Origin: Takakia lepidozioides | Lineage: Eukaryota > Plantae > Bryophyta | Reading direction: 5' to 3' | Assembly: GCA_030704615.1 (NCBI GenBank) | Contig: CM060731.1 | Location: 62,062,001 to 62,126,000, forward strand | Length of the DNA: 64,000 nt | Made by a program: the position numbers and the translations under genes | The notes under the pieces: generated by a model | The model's database searches: none | What the model was told of the DNA's origin: nothing | What the model saw: the letters and a program-made list of their open reading frames with translations, nothing else | Shown: positions 49,201 through 60,053 of the stretch, in pieces | Layout of the letters: the number at the start of each line of letters is the position of its first letter | How positions within the stretch are numbered: position 1 is the first letter of the stretch

Positions 49201-52200
49201 GCTCAAACAGTGTGCGTTGCACAAGCTGGCAGTGAAGGGTTCATTTTCACACTCACACAGGTGCCCCTGAAGTCCAAATTTTGCACCCAGAAACATTGAA
49301 ATGCTCAGCTCAAACAGTGTGCGTTGCCGCACACTGTCTGAGCTGGCAGTGAAGGGTTCTTTTTCACACTCACACAGGTGCCCTGAAGTCCAAATTTTCA
49401 CCCAGAAACATTGAAATGCTCAGCTCAAACAGTGTGCGTTGCCGCACACTGTCTGAGCTGGCAGTGAAGGGTTCATTTCACACTCACACAGGTGCCCCTG
49501 AAGTCCAAATTTTGCACCAGAAACATTGAAATGCTCAGCTCAAACAGTGTGCGTTGCCGCACACTGTCTGGGCTGGCAGTGAAGGGTTCTTTTCACACTC
49601 ACACAGGTGCCCCTGAAGTCCAAATATTTCACCCAGAAACATTGAAATGCTCAGCTCAAACAGTGTGCGTTGCCGCACACTGTCTGAGCTGGCAGTGAAG
49701 GGTTCATTTCACACTCACACAGGTGCCCCTGAAGTCCAATTTTTGCACCAGAAACATTGAAATGCTCAGCTCAAACAGTGTGCGTTGCCGCACACTGTCT
49801 GAGCTGGCAGTGAAGGGTTCTTTTCACACTCACACAGGTGCCCCTGAAGTCCAAATTTTCACCAGAAACATTGAAATGCTCAGCTCAAACAGTGTGCGTT
49901 GCCGCACACTGTCTGAGCTGGCAGTGAAGGGTTCATTTCACACTCACACAGGTGCCCCTGAAGTCCAAATTTCCCAGAAACATTGAAATGCTCAGCTCAA
50001 ACAGTGTGCGTTGCCGCACACTGTCTGAGCTGGCAGTGAAGGGTTCATTTCACACTCACACAGGTGCCCCTGAAGTCCAAATTTTGCACCCAGATTGAAA
50101 TGCTCAGCTCAAACAGTGTGCGTTGCCGCACACTAGTGAAATTCAACTTTCCCAAAGTGAAATTGAAATGCTCAGCTCAAACAGTGTGCGTTGCCGCACA
50201 CTGTCTGAGCTGGCAGTGAAGGGTTCATTTCACACTCACACAGGTGCCCTGAAGTCCAATTTTTGCACCAGAAACATTGAAATGCTCAGCTCAAACAGTG
50301 TGCGTTGCCGCACACTGTCTGAGCTGGCAGTGAAGGGTTCTTTTCACACTCACACAGGTGCCCCTGAAGTCCAAATATTTCACCCAGAAACATTGAAATG
50401 CTCAGCTCAAACAGTGTGCGTTGCCGCACACTGTCTGAGCTGGCAGTGAAGGGTTCATTTCACACTCACACAGGTGCCCCTGAAGTCCAAATTTTCACAG
50501 AAACATTGAAATGCTCAGCTCAAACAGTGTGCGTTGCCGCACACTGTCTGAGCTGGCAGTGAAGGGTTCATTTCACACTCACACAGGTGCCCCTGAAGTC
50601 CAATTTTCACCCAGAAACATTGAAATGCTCAGCTCAAACAGTGTGCGTTGCCGCACACTGTCTGAGCTGGCAGTGAAGGGTTCTTTTCACACTCACACAG
50701 GTGCCCCTGAAGTCCAAATTTTCACCCAGAAAACATTGAAATGCTCAGCTCAAACAGTGTGCGTTGCCGCACACTGTCTGAGCTGGCAGTGAAGGGTTCA
50801 TTTCACACTCACACAGGTGCCCCTGAAGTCCAAATTTTGCACCAGAAACATTGAAATGCTCAGCTCAAACAGTGTGCGTTGCCGCACACTGTCTGGGCTG
50901 GCAGTGAAGGGTTCTTTTCACACTCACACAGGTGCCCCTGAAGTCCAAATATTTCACCCAGAAACATTGAAATGCTCAGCTCAAATGTGCGTGCATGTCT
51001 GTGGCAGTGAAGGTTCATTTCACACTCAGGTGCCCCTGAAGTCGCACCAGAAACATTGAAATGCTCAGCTCAAACAGTGTGCGTTGCCGCACACTAGAAG
51101 GGTTCATTTCACACTCACACAGGTGCCCCTGAAGTCCAAATTTTCACCCAGAAACATTGAAATGCTCAGCTCAAACAGTGTGCGTTGCCGCACACTGTCT
51201 GAGCTGGCAGTGAAGGGTTCATTTCACACTCACACAGGTGCCCCTGAAGTCCAAATTTTGCACCAGAAACATTGAAATGCTCAGCTCAAACAGTGTGCGT
51301 TGCCGCACACTGTCTGGGCTGGCAGTGAAGGGTTCTTTTCACACTCACACAGGTGCCCCTGAAGTCCAAATATTTCACCCAGAAACATTGAAATGCTCAG
51401 CTCAAACAGTGTGCGTTGCCGCACACTGTCTGAGCTGGCAGTGAAGGGTTCATTTCACACTCACACAGGTGCCCCTGAAGTCCAAATTTTGCACCAGAAA
51501 CATTGAAATGCTCAGCTCAAACAGTGTGCGTTGCCGCACACTGTCTGGGCTGGCAGTGAAGGGTTCTTTCACACTCACACAGGTGCCCCTGAAGTCCAAA
51601 TTTTCACCCAGAAACATTGAAATGCTCAGCTCAAACAAGTGTGCGTTGCCGCACACTGTCTGGCTGGCAGTGAAGGGTTCATTTTCACACTCACACAGGT
51701 GCCCTGAAGTCCAAATTTTGCACCCAGAAACATTGAAATGCTCAGCTCAAACAGTGTGCGTTGCCGCACACTGTCTGGGCTGGCAGTGAAGGGTTCATTT
51801 TCACACACACACAGGTGCCCCTGAAGTCCAAATTTTGCACCCAGAAACATTGAAATGCTCAGCTCAAACAGTGTGCGTTGCCGCACACTGTCTGGGCTGG
51901 CAGTGAAGGGTTCTTTTCACACTCACACAGGTGCCCCTGAAGTCCAAATATTTCACCCAGAAACATTGAAATGCTCAGCTCAAACAGTGTGCGTTGCCGC
52001 ACACTGTCTGAGCTGGCAGTGAAGGGTTCTTTTCACACTCACACAGGTGCCCCTGAAGTCCAAATATTTCACCCAGAAACATTGAAATGCTCAGCTCAAA
52101 CAGTGTGCGTTGCCGCACACTGTCTGAGCTGGCAGTGAAGGGTTCATTTCACACTCACACAGGTGCCCCTGAAGTCCAAATTTTGCACCCAGAAACATTG

Positions 52201-53670
52201 AAATGCTCAGCTCAAACAGTGTGCGTTGCCGCACACTGTCTGGGCTGGCAGTGAAGGGTTCTTTTCACACTCACACAGGTGCCCCTGAAGTCCAAATATT
52301 TCACCCAGAAACATTGAAATGCTCAGCTCAAACAGTGTGCGTTGCCGCACACTGTCTGAGCTGGCAGTGAAGGGTTCTTTTCACACTCACACAGGTGCCC
52401 TGAAGTCCAAATTTTCACCCAAAACATTGAAATGCTCAGCTCAAACAGTGTGCGTTGCCGCACACTGTGAGCTGGCAGTGAAGGGTTCTTTTCACACTCA
52501 CACAGGTGCCCCTGAAGTCCAAATTTTGCATCCAGAAACATTGAAATGCTCAGCTCAAACAGTGTGCGTTGCCGCACACTGTCTGAGCTGGCAGTGAAGG
52601 GTTCATTTCACACTCACACGGGTGCCCTGAAGTCCAAATTTTGCACCCAGAAACATTGAAATGCTCAGCTCAAACAGTGTGCGTTGCCGCACACTGTCTG
52701 AGCTGGCAGTGAAGGGTTCTTTTCACACTCACACAGGTGCCCCTGAAGTCCAAATATTTCACCCAGAAACATTGAAATGCTCAGCTCAAACAGTGTGCGT
52801 TGCCGCACACTGTCTGGGCTGGCAGTGAAGGGTTCTTTTCAGGTGCCCCTGAAGTCCAAATATTTCACCCAGAAACATTGAAATGCTCAGCTCAAACAGT
52901 GTGCGTTGCCGCACACTGTCTGAGCTGGCAGTGAAGGGTTCTTTTCACACTCACACAGGTGCCCCTGAAGTCCAAATTTTCACCCAGAAACATTGAAATG
53001 CTCAGCTCAAACAGTGTGCGTTGCCGCACACTGTTGAGCTGGCAGTGAAGGGTTCTTTCACACTCACACAGGTGCCCCTGAAGTCCAAATTTTGCACCAG
53101 AAACATTGAAATGCTCAGCTCAAACAGTGTGCGTTGCCGCACACTGTCTGAGCTGGCAGTGAAGGGTTCATTTCACACCTAACATAACAGACATCAAGAC
53201 CAAATTTTGAACCCTAAAACATTGAAAAGGTCTGCTCAAACATTGTGCGTTGCCGCACGCTGTTTGAGCTGGTTTTGAAGGGTTCATTTCAACCTCAGAT
53301 AACAGACAGCAAAGACCAAATTTTGCACCCAGAAACACCGAAATGCCCAGCTCAAACAGTGTGCGTTGCCGCACACTGTCTGAGCTGGCAGTGAAGGGTT
53401 CATTTCACACTCACACAGGTGCCCTGAAGTCCAAATTTTGCACCCATAAACATTGAAATGCTCAGCTCAAACAGTGTGCGTTGCCGCACACTGTCTGGGC
53501 TGGCAGTGAAGGGTTCTTTTCACACTCACACAGGTGCCCTGAAGTCCAAATTTTGCACCCAGAACATTGAAATGCTCAGCTCAAACAGTGTGCGTTGCCG
53601 CACACTGTCTGGGCTGGCAGTGAAGGGTTCGTTTCACCCTCACATAACAGACATCAAGACCAAATTTTGC
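46240..53670. repeat. Tandem array, 115-116-bp unit, about 64 copies, each with a 40-bp palindrome
   Basis: Unit GTGCCCCTGAAGTCCAAATTTTGCACCCAGAAACATTGAAATGCTCAGCTCAAACAGTGTGCGTTGCCGCACACTGTCTGAGCTGGCAGTGAAGGGTTCATTTCACACTCACACAG. Palindrome arms CAGCTCAAACAGTGTGCG / CGCACACTGTCTGAGCTG (17/18) around loop TTGC. Copy number estimated as span divided by unit length. Confidence 0.97.
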
Positions 53671-53690
53671 AAGACCAATGGTTCTTTCTT

Positions 53691-54233
53691 TCACAAATAC
53701 CTGCCATTCAAAGCCGAATTCTTCACAAATATGGGTCGTGTGGATTTTACCTTTTTCGTAGCTACTCGAGAAGACTCCCCAGTTGCCGGGGACGCTTTCC
53801 GCTTGGGGCTGCTCTCTTCGCCGACTATGTAGGTGAGCCTCTCCCCCTTCCTCTTTCCCGTGGTCAGATCGTTCGTGAGGCCAGTGTCAACATCTTCCTC
53901 CATGTCGTCTGTCTCTCCCTCAGACGCAGTGTCCTCCTCGCCTGTTCCTGGAACTATGGTGGGTTGTTGTTCTTCTCCAGATTCCTGCTCCTCCATCGCC
54001 ACACTTTCCTGTATTCCCTCTTCTTCCTCCTTTTCCTCTTCCTCCACTCTTTCCATCCTCATTCTATATCTAGCTCTATTCCTGTTTCTAGAACTCGTGA
54101 AGTATAATGACTTCCTTCTCTTTCTCCTCCGCTGGAAACAAGGCTCCCCACGATGCCCCTGGAGCTCTCCAGTTTGACGTTTGCAACAAGTTCTGGTATC
54201 GCATGTAACAAAATAAAAAATGGACGTTGTCAA
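53691..54233 (-). CDS. Acidic, NLS-rich exon; probable first coding exon of the ParB-MTase cargo gene
   Basis: MRMERVEEEEKEEEE…PKRK…KKVK; candidate donors AAG|GTAAAA (53751/53750; GT also present in the outer copy) and CAG|GTATTT (53701/53700); same strand as the downstream exons. Confidence 0.55.
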   Translation of the reverse strand: MTTSIFYFVTCDTRTCCKRQTGELQGHRGEPCFQRRRKRRKSLYFTSSRNRNRARYRMRMERVEEEEKEEEEGIQESVAMEEQESGEEQQPTIVPGTGEEDTASEGETDDMEEDVDTGLTNDLTTGKRKGERLTYIVGEESSPKRKASPATGESSRVATKKVKSTRPIFVKNSALNGRYL

Positions 54234-55001
54234 CCGTATTTGGATGCGGGTGTTGATATTGTGTGCGAACGGAATTCATCCATTTTGTCGTCTTTGTATT
54301 ACCCAGCTAATAAAGCGCCGAAGAAAAAGAATATCCGTTGCATGCATTTGCGATATATGTCAGATGTGCTTCGCCGCCTGCCAATACATGGCGGCCTCCT
54401 TGCCTTCTTTCAAATTCGAATGCGCCGTAGAAATGTAGTGCTTTTTCAATTCCGAGCAGTTCTTCCAGATTCGCAATAATTGTTATGCTTCACATATGCA
54501 TCCACGTGTGTTGTGCTGCATGCCCTGTGGTTTTTTTTATGCCGTGACCGTCCCCATGGGGTCATTCGGTATAAAGGATTGTGTCGGATGACCATGTGTT
54601 GCACACATTCGTGCGAGGTATCTCTTGAAGTGTCGGTGTTTGTTCTGTGCTATTCTGGCGCAACACAATCTCATTACAATCGGATCTTCCTGTTTACTGC
54701 TCTCCAGGGTTGTTGCCGTCATTTCATAATGGATGGTTTCATGTCAATTTCAGGGTTTGTTTTCCATCCAAAAACAGTACGGCTTCTTGTGGCTCTGGTC
54801 TTTCAAAACCGTTTTTCTGGTTGGTGGGAGGTGAATGTGCACGTCATCCCTACATCCTTGGCATGCATCGCCGGCAGCCTTGGGTTTGGTGCTACCCTTG
54901 TTGACCTCAGTTTGCTGGTGGTATTTCCACTTTCGATAATTACGGGCTCTCAGTTCGGGGATTCCGTTCTGCATCGGCAGTTTCGTTCAGTGCTGGAAAA
55001 C

Positions 55002-58000
55002 ATGTCGAGGGAGCGAGATGCACTCGCTCGATTCCATTCCAATGCAGGTACTCTTCCACTGACTGCCACTGCAGACGACGATGGGTATGCAGTTGTTCAT
55101 GAGGATGAGCTGGTTACAGTGTTCCCGCTGATGGAGTTGGGTTCTCTGCTTGTTCAGAAAGAGGTGTATGACGAGGATGGGAATTTGGATTCTGGGCACT
55201 TGGAGAAACCCTTGGTTGGCGAGTGTGGAAGGAAGTGGAGAGTCCTTCCAGGAACATACCGTGTCCTTGGAAAAGAGAGAAGACAATCAGCAGGATCAGT
55301 CGTTACCCCTGGCACTGCAGCATCGGTCGTGCAACAGAAGGGCACAGTTCCTGTGAAACAAGAGGTGAGCACATCCACTACCTTCGTTACTCTTTCGGAC
55401 TCGTCCTCGGAGGATGTTTCTGAGATTCCTCCGCCAGTGCAAACTCCCTTATTGGATGATGATGACGAATTGCAAGAGATAACAAGTGTCATTCCAAAAT
55501 TGAAAGCCCTCGCAGGTGTGCCTGGGTGCAAGAGCGAGCTACGTTTTGTTGATTGGGAGTCCCTTCCAGTGCAACGGGTTCAATACGTGCCAGCTCAGTT
55601 TGATGGGGACATCTTGTTTGAGCTCAACCCTCCCACGTCTTCCAGTGGACTGGCTGGGCTTCTGCAGGGCATGGACAAGAAACATGACGGACATCCTTGG
55701 TGCAGGACAGGACAAAAACTCGAACATCCATAACGACATTGGCTTGAAATTTCGGAGGTCGGTTTGCGTTGGGCATTGCAAGTGCCTGAATATTTCTTGC
55801 CCTCGGCTGAGAAACAGCGCTCAGCCAAACGAAAGTGAGTGGGAAGGTGTGCCCCTGAATCCTTTCACCCCAGGGCTTGCACCTCCACCAATACTTTTGT
55901 GTGCAGGTTCTGCAAACTTTCCCCGTCCTGTGTTTCTGTTTGCCACGCTCGTATGTATCAGGTGGCACATCGATGCAAGACAATGACTCGTGCCTGCATT
56001 CATATGGGTGCACACGAGCATCCTGTGTCCAAAGGGAGTTGCAGGGATAGCGTGGACATCGCTAGAAATCTACTGAAGCAAGAGTTCCATAATGCCCCTT
56101 CTGCAACACCTTCTGCTATAGCGCTTGCAGCTAGCAAGGCATTCCTGGAAAAACACATACTGGGTGAAGGGGATGCGACACAGCCAATGCTGGATGCAGA
56201 TTCCCTTGAGGCAGTCATGGACCATTTCTCCGTGTTGAGCTCTCCCAATATTCGAAACCAGGTGAATGCACTCAGAATGGGCACAGGCACTGCTGGATTC
56301 ATGGACAACATTATGGACCTCAAACGGAGGAGTCGCTATGAATTCATTCAAAACAGTATGTTCCCTGGCCAGGGCTCGTCCAAAGTGTATTTGTTCAAGA
56401 TGTCCGCTGTGGGCCAAGGCAGTGGTGTGAGCATTGTCCGCCGAATGCAACCTGGAGGAGATTTGGCTAAATGTTGGTTAATGTTTGATCACTGCAAACG
56501 GGTGAAGGGTTGGACAACCATGGCGTGCCATGTGTATGATCCAGCGTACCAGCGTGTGCTCTCCATAGCAATTTGTGATATGCAGTCGGAGGACACTGAA
56601 TCCCAGATGCTCATGTGGAATTCCGTCATGCAGCGCAATGGAATACAGAACACAAATTTTGCGGGCTTCATGGCTGATAGTGCACAGGCAAATTTCAATG
56701 CAGTGCGGCGCGTGTTTGGTTCTGGGGATCCTAAGGTCCCCGGAAAATAGGGAGCGCACATGCCTCTTCCATTGGAGTCAATCTCTGGCACGTCATACAA
56801 AGCGCTGCATTCGCCCTGACCTTCAGTTGGAGCATAGAAGGCTCTGTCTGAAGTACAAGAATGCCACCTCAATGGGAGAAGCTGAGAGCACTTACCAGGC
56901 AATCCGGGCTTGGTGGTTCTCCTCTGGTGCTGCTACAGGTATCCACCTGAAGGAGTTGGAGGACTGGTTGGTTTTCTGGCACTTCAGGTACAGACAGTGG
57001 GGAGCTTTCATGACGACGGTAAGCCTCACAAGTTTTCCTTAAACACAAATTGCACTTTGCATCGTGCCTGTTCATTTGGGGTTGTTCGATTGTCACTTGA
57101 AGAACCTCTACCATTTCTTTTCCTTCCTCACATTTCCATGCAATGCCTCCTGCAGGACATGTCCTTGGAGGACTTGGCCGACATGCCATCGTGTAATTTG
57201 GCAGAGACTGTTCACAACGCCTGGATGCAACAGTCTACCAAAGCAGGTCGTGACTTGTATGTGGCCACTGCTGATGACATGGTGCGGGCACTTACACAAC
57301 AAACCAGGTACCGCAATTTTCTGATGGGACGGGGTGGAGGGAAGGGCCCCGATTCGACTTTGTTGATGCTAAGGGCTGCGAGTAGGTCCGGAGACCCGTC
57401 AAAGATGGCCAGAGCTCTAAACAGGTGCACTGAAGGCTCCCCTCTGCAATCCAGGCTCCCCCATTTGGAAGGCGAGGAAAGATTTGGATCATGCAAAAGG
57501 AAATTAAACACTCTTCCAGGGTCAGATGGAGATTCCCATAGGCCAGACAGGGTCAATTTCTCTGTGCCAAAGGTGTCTCCAGTGCAGACTAAGTCCTGTG
57601 CCGGCCCCTTCCCAGGTGGGTCCTCCTCCTGTGGAGCAGGTGCAGAACATGCAAGCATAGCAGCGGAAATCCCATTGGAGGAGGTGGTGGCCATGGTGCA
57701 GGAATCTGATTGCATTGATAGTGACTGGCATATAGAACGCACCCCACCAGGATCTAGAGTGGCTTGCATGGCAATTCGGACCCCCTCTTTCAAGAAATGC
57801 AAATCAAAAATATGCAAAGGCTCCAGGGGGACTCCAGCTCCAACATTCACAGGGTTGTTCCGACCTTATCATAGTGGGGAGTCAAAAGAGCACAAGTTTT
57901 GGTTCTGCCCAGACGATATGGCACGATGCGTGAAGGGAACAGTTCGTCCTTCCGTGATAATGAAGCCCCCTCCCCCGCAATTTGGCCTGTGAAATTGGGA

Positions 58001-58562
58001 CATCGCTGTCCTCAACCGAGATAAGCATGCTGGAGGAGGGAGGGTTTTGTCTTGCACGGTCCCGGGTGGTGCCCTTATGCACTGTCGGCACAGATGTGCC
58101 ACATGCTCCGACAATGCCTCCACCCGGTGCCAACTCCCACCCAACAAAAAGAGATGGAAAAACAGTGCGCCGTGTTGCTTCGGGTGCAGATCACGAATGC
58201 AAGATGGAATCGGCTAGAATTTTGCAGGCTACGGTGACTCGTATCACCGAAGTCCCTTCCCCGGGGTATGGACGGATTTACACAGTGCTGTCAATTGGCT
58301 CAGTTCTTCATGCCAAAGAATATCAGTTACCATTGGGAATTTCCCATCGTGCACTTGTCCGGATTTTGTAACGATGCGTGAGGGCGCTCTCGGCATGAGA
58401 GGGAAGTGGGTCCCTGCAAGCATCAATATTACATATACCTTGTAATTATGTGTTGCGACGGTAAGAGAGACCAATTCATTCACCAAGCCACACTAGGCTA
58501 CGGAAGTCATCACCCTTCTGCAGCGGGACACCTCGCGTAGAGCTCCGCCAACTTCTCTTTGA
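55002..58562 (+). pseudogene. MULE transposase (GCM-like DNA-binding domain, DDE core, C-terminal SWIM finger); one intron; frameshifted
   Basis: GHPWCRT…SN…RRSVCVGHxKCxNISC…HMGAHEHP (GCM/WRKY-like); WLMFDHCKRV, GFMADSAQ, RTCLFHW and NLAETVH (D, D, CxxH, E); SWIM CTCPDF…CKH. Intron 57019-57155 (GTAAGC…TGCAG). Confidence 0.88.
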
Positions 58563-58987
58563 ACACATACGAGCCATGCCCGCTTCCCATGCTGGTTTCC
58601 AGGTTGCCGTGTGAAGACTTTTCATTTTATGACAAACATATACATTTCGTTCACTTGTGAGGGCAAATGCACTTGCGATTCATTGTAAGCGTCTCTCTGT
58701 GAATTGAAATAAACTGTGTCATTCTGAGCTCAAATCTGCCATGTTTACATATTCCTCTTTTTTGGCACGCATTGCAGACATGGTGCATGGTGGCCTCCTT
58801 TGTTTTGTCCACGGTAATAGGCCCTCTTCCTGCAATCCTCGCCTATAGGACCTGCTTCTCCAGCAGATTCATGCCGCTCACGCTTCCCTGAAGCGTGAGC
58901 TCAGCTCACGCTTCAAAGCTTGAACGTGAGCTCAGCTCCCAGGCTCACGGGGCTGGGCTCACGCCGTAGCTACGCTGGACGATATGG

Positions 58988-59635
58988 CACGATGCGTGAA
59001 GGGAACAGTTTGTCCTTCGGTGATAATGAAACCCCCTCCCCCCGCAATTTGGCCTGTGCAAATTGGGACGTCGCTATCATCAACCGAGATAAGCATGCTG
59101 GAGGAGGGAGGGTTCTGTCTTGCACGGTCCCGGGTGGTGCCCTCATGCACTGTCGGCACAGATGTGCCACATGCTCCGGCAATGCCGCCACCCGGTGCCG
59201 ACTCCCACCCAACAAAAAGAGATGGAAAAACAGTGCGCCGTTTCGCTGCTGGTGCAGATCACGAATGCAAGATGGAATCTGCTAGAATTTTGCAGGCTCG
59301 GGTGTCTCGTATCACCGAAGTCCCTTCTCCGGGGTATGGACGGATTTACACAGTGCTGTCAATTGGGTCAGTTCTTCATGGCAAAGAATATCAGGTTACC
59401 GTCGGGAATTTCCCTTCGTGCACTTGTCCGGACTTTTGTAACGATGCGTGAGGGCGCTCTCGGCATGAGAGGGAAGTGGGTCCCCTGCAAGCATCAATAT
59501 TACATATACCTTGTGATTATGTGTTGCGACGGTAAGAGAGACCAATTCATCCACCAAGCCACACTAGGCTATGGAGAAGTGAACACCCTTCTACAGCGGG
59601 ACACCTCGCGTGGAGCTCCGCCAACTTCTCTTTGA
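58988..59635 (+). pseudogene. 3' part of the outer-copy transposase (SWIM finger)
   Basis: YQVTVGNFPSCTCPDF…KWVPCKHQYYIYL; continues the frame broken at 41495. Confidence 0.88.
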
Positions 59636-60053
59636 ACACATACGAGCCATGCCCGCTTCCCATGCTGGTTTGCAGGTTGCCGTGTGAAGACTTTGCATTT
59701 CTGACAAACATATGGATTTTGTGTACGGAACCAGGGTAAGTGCACATGCAATTCATTGTAAGCGTCTATCTGTGAATTGAAATAAACTGTGACAATCATT
59801 CTGAGCTCAAATCTGCCATGTTTTCATATTTCTGTTTTTGAGCGGGCATTGCAGACATGGTGTGTGTTGGCCCCCTTTGTTTTGTCCACGGTAATAGGCC
59901 CTCTTCCTGCAATCCTCGCCTATAGGACCTTCTTCTCCAGCAGATTCGTGCCGCTCACGCTTCCCTGAAGCGTGAGCTCAGCTCACGCTTTGTAGCTTGA
60001 ACGTGAGCTCAGCTCCCAGGCTCACGGGGCTGGGCTCACGCCGTAGCTACGCT

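Larger units (their letters stand above)
41496..58976 (+). mobile_element. Complete 17.5-kb Mutator-like element (inner copy) with ParB-methyltransferase cargo and an internal tandem array
   Basis: TSD GACGATATGG (41486-41495 and 58978-58987; 11 bp allowing one A/G mismatch); the unsplit target AGACGATATGGCACG is seen at 57911. Short imperfect TIRs (GGGGGTGCTATTCCGTGAGCC vs reverse complement AGCGTAGCTACGGCGTGAGCC); clustered CGTGAGC/GCTCACG subterminal motifs. Confidence 0.9.
37140..60053 (+). mobile_element. Outer MULE copy (left part missing), split by the inner copy: 37140-41495 and 58977-60053
   Basis: 37300-41495 is colinear with 53730-57921; 58988-60053 is colinear with 57922-58976; right terminus GGCTCACGCCGTAGCTACGCT at 60033-60053. 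Confidence 0.88.

Noticed and set aside
46240-53670. CRISPR array (palindromic repeats at regular spacing)
   Set aside because: The intervening sequences are near-identical rather than unique spacers, there are no cas genes, and the context is eukaryotic.
46649-53832. Many ORFs with MLSSNSVRCRTLSELAVKGSF repeats
   Set aside because: By-products of the tandem unit; unit length is not a multiple of 3 and indels shift frames freely.
54480-55001. Hydrophobic N-terminal extension of the 417-aa ORF as a membrane protein
   Set aside because: It starts at a non-ATG codon, the frame is not preserved in the outer copy, and a shared ATG occurs at 55002/38593.
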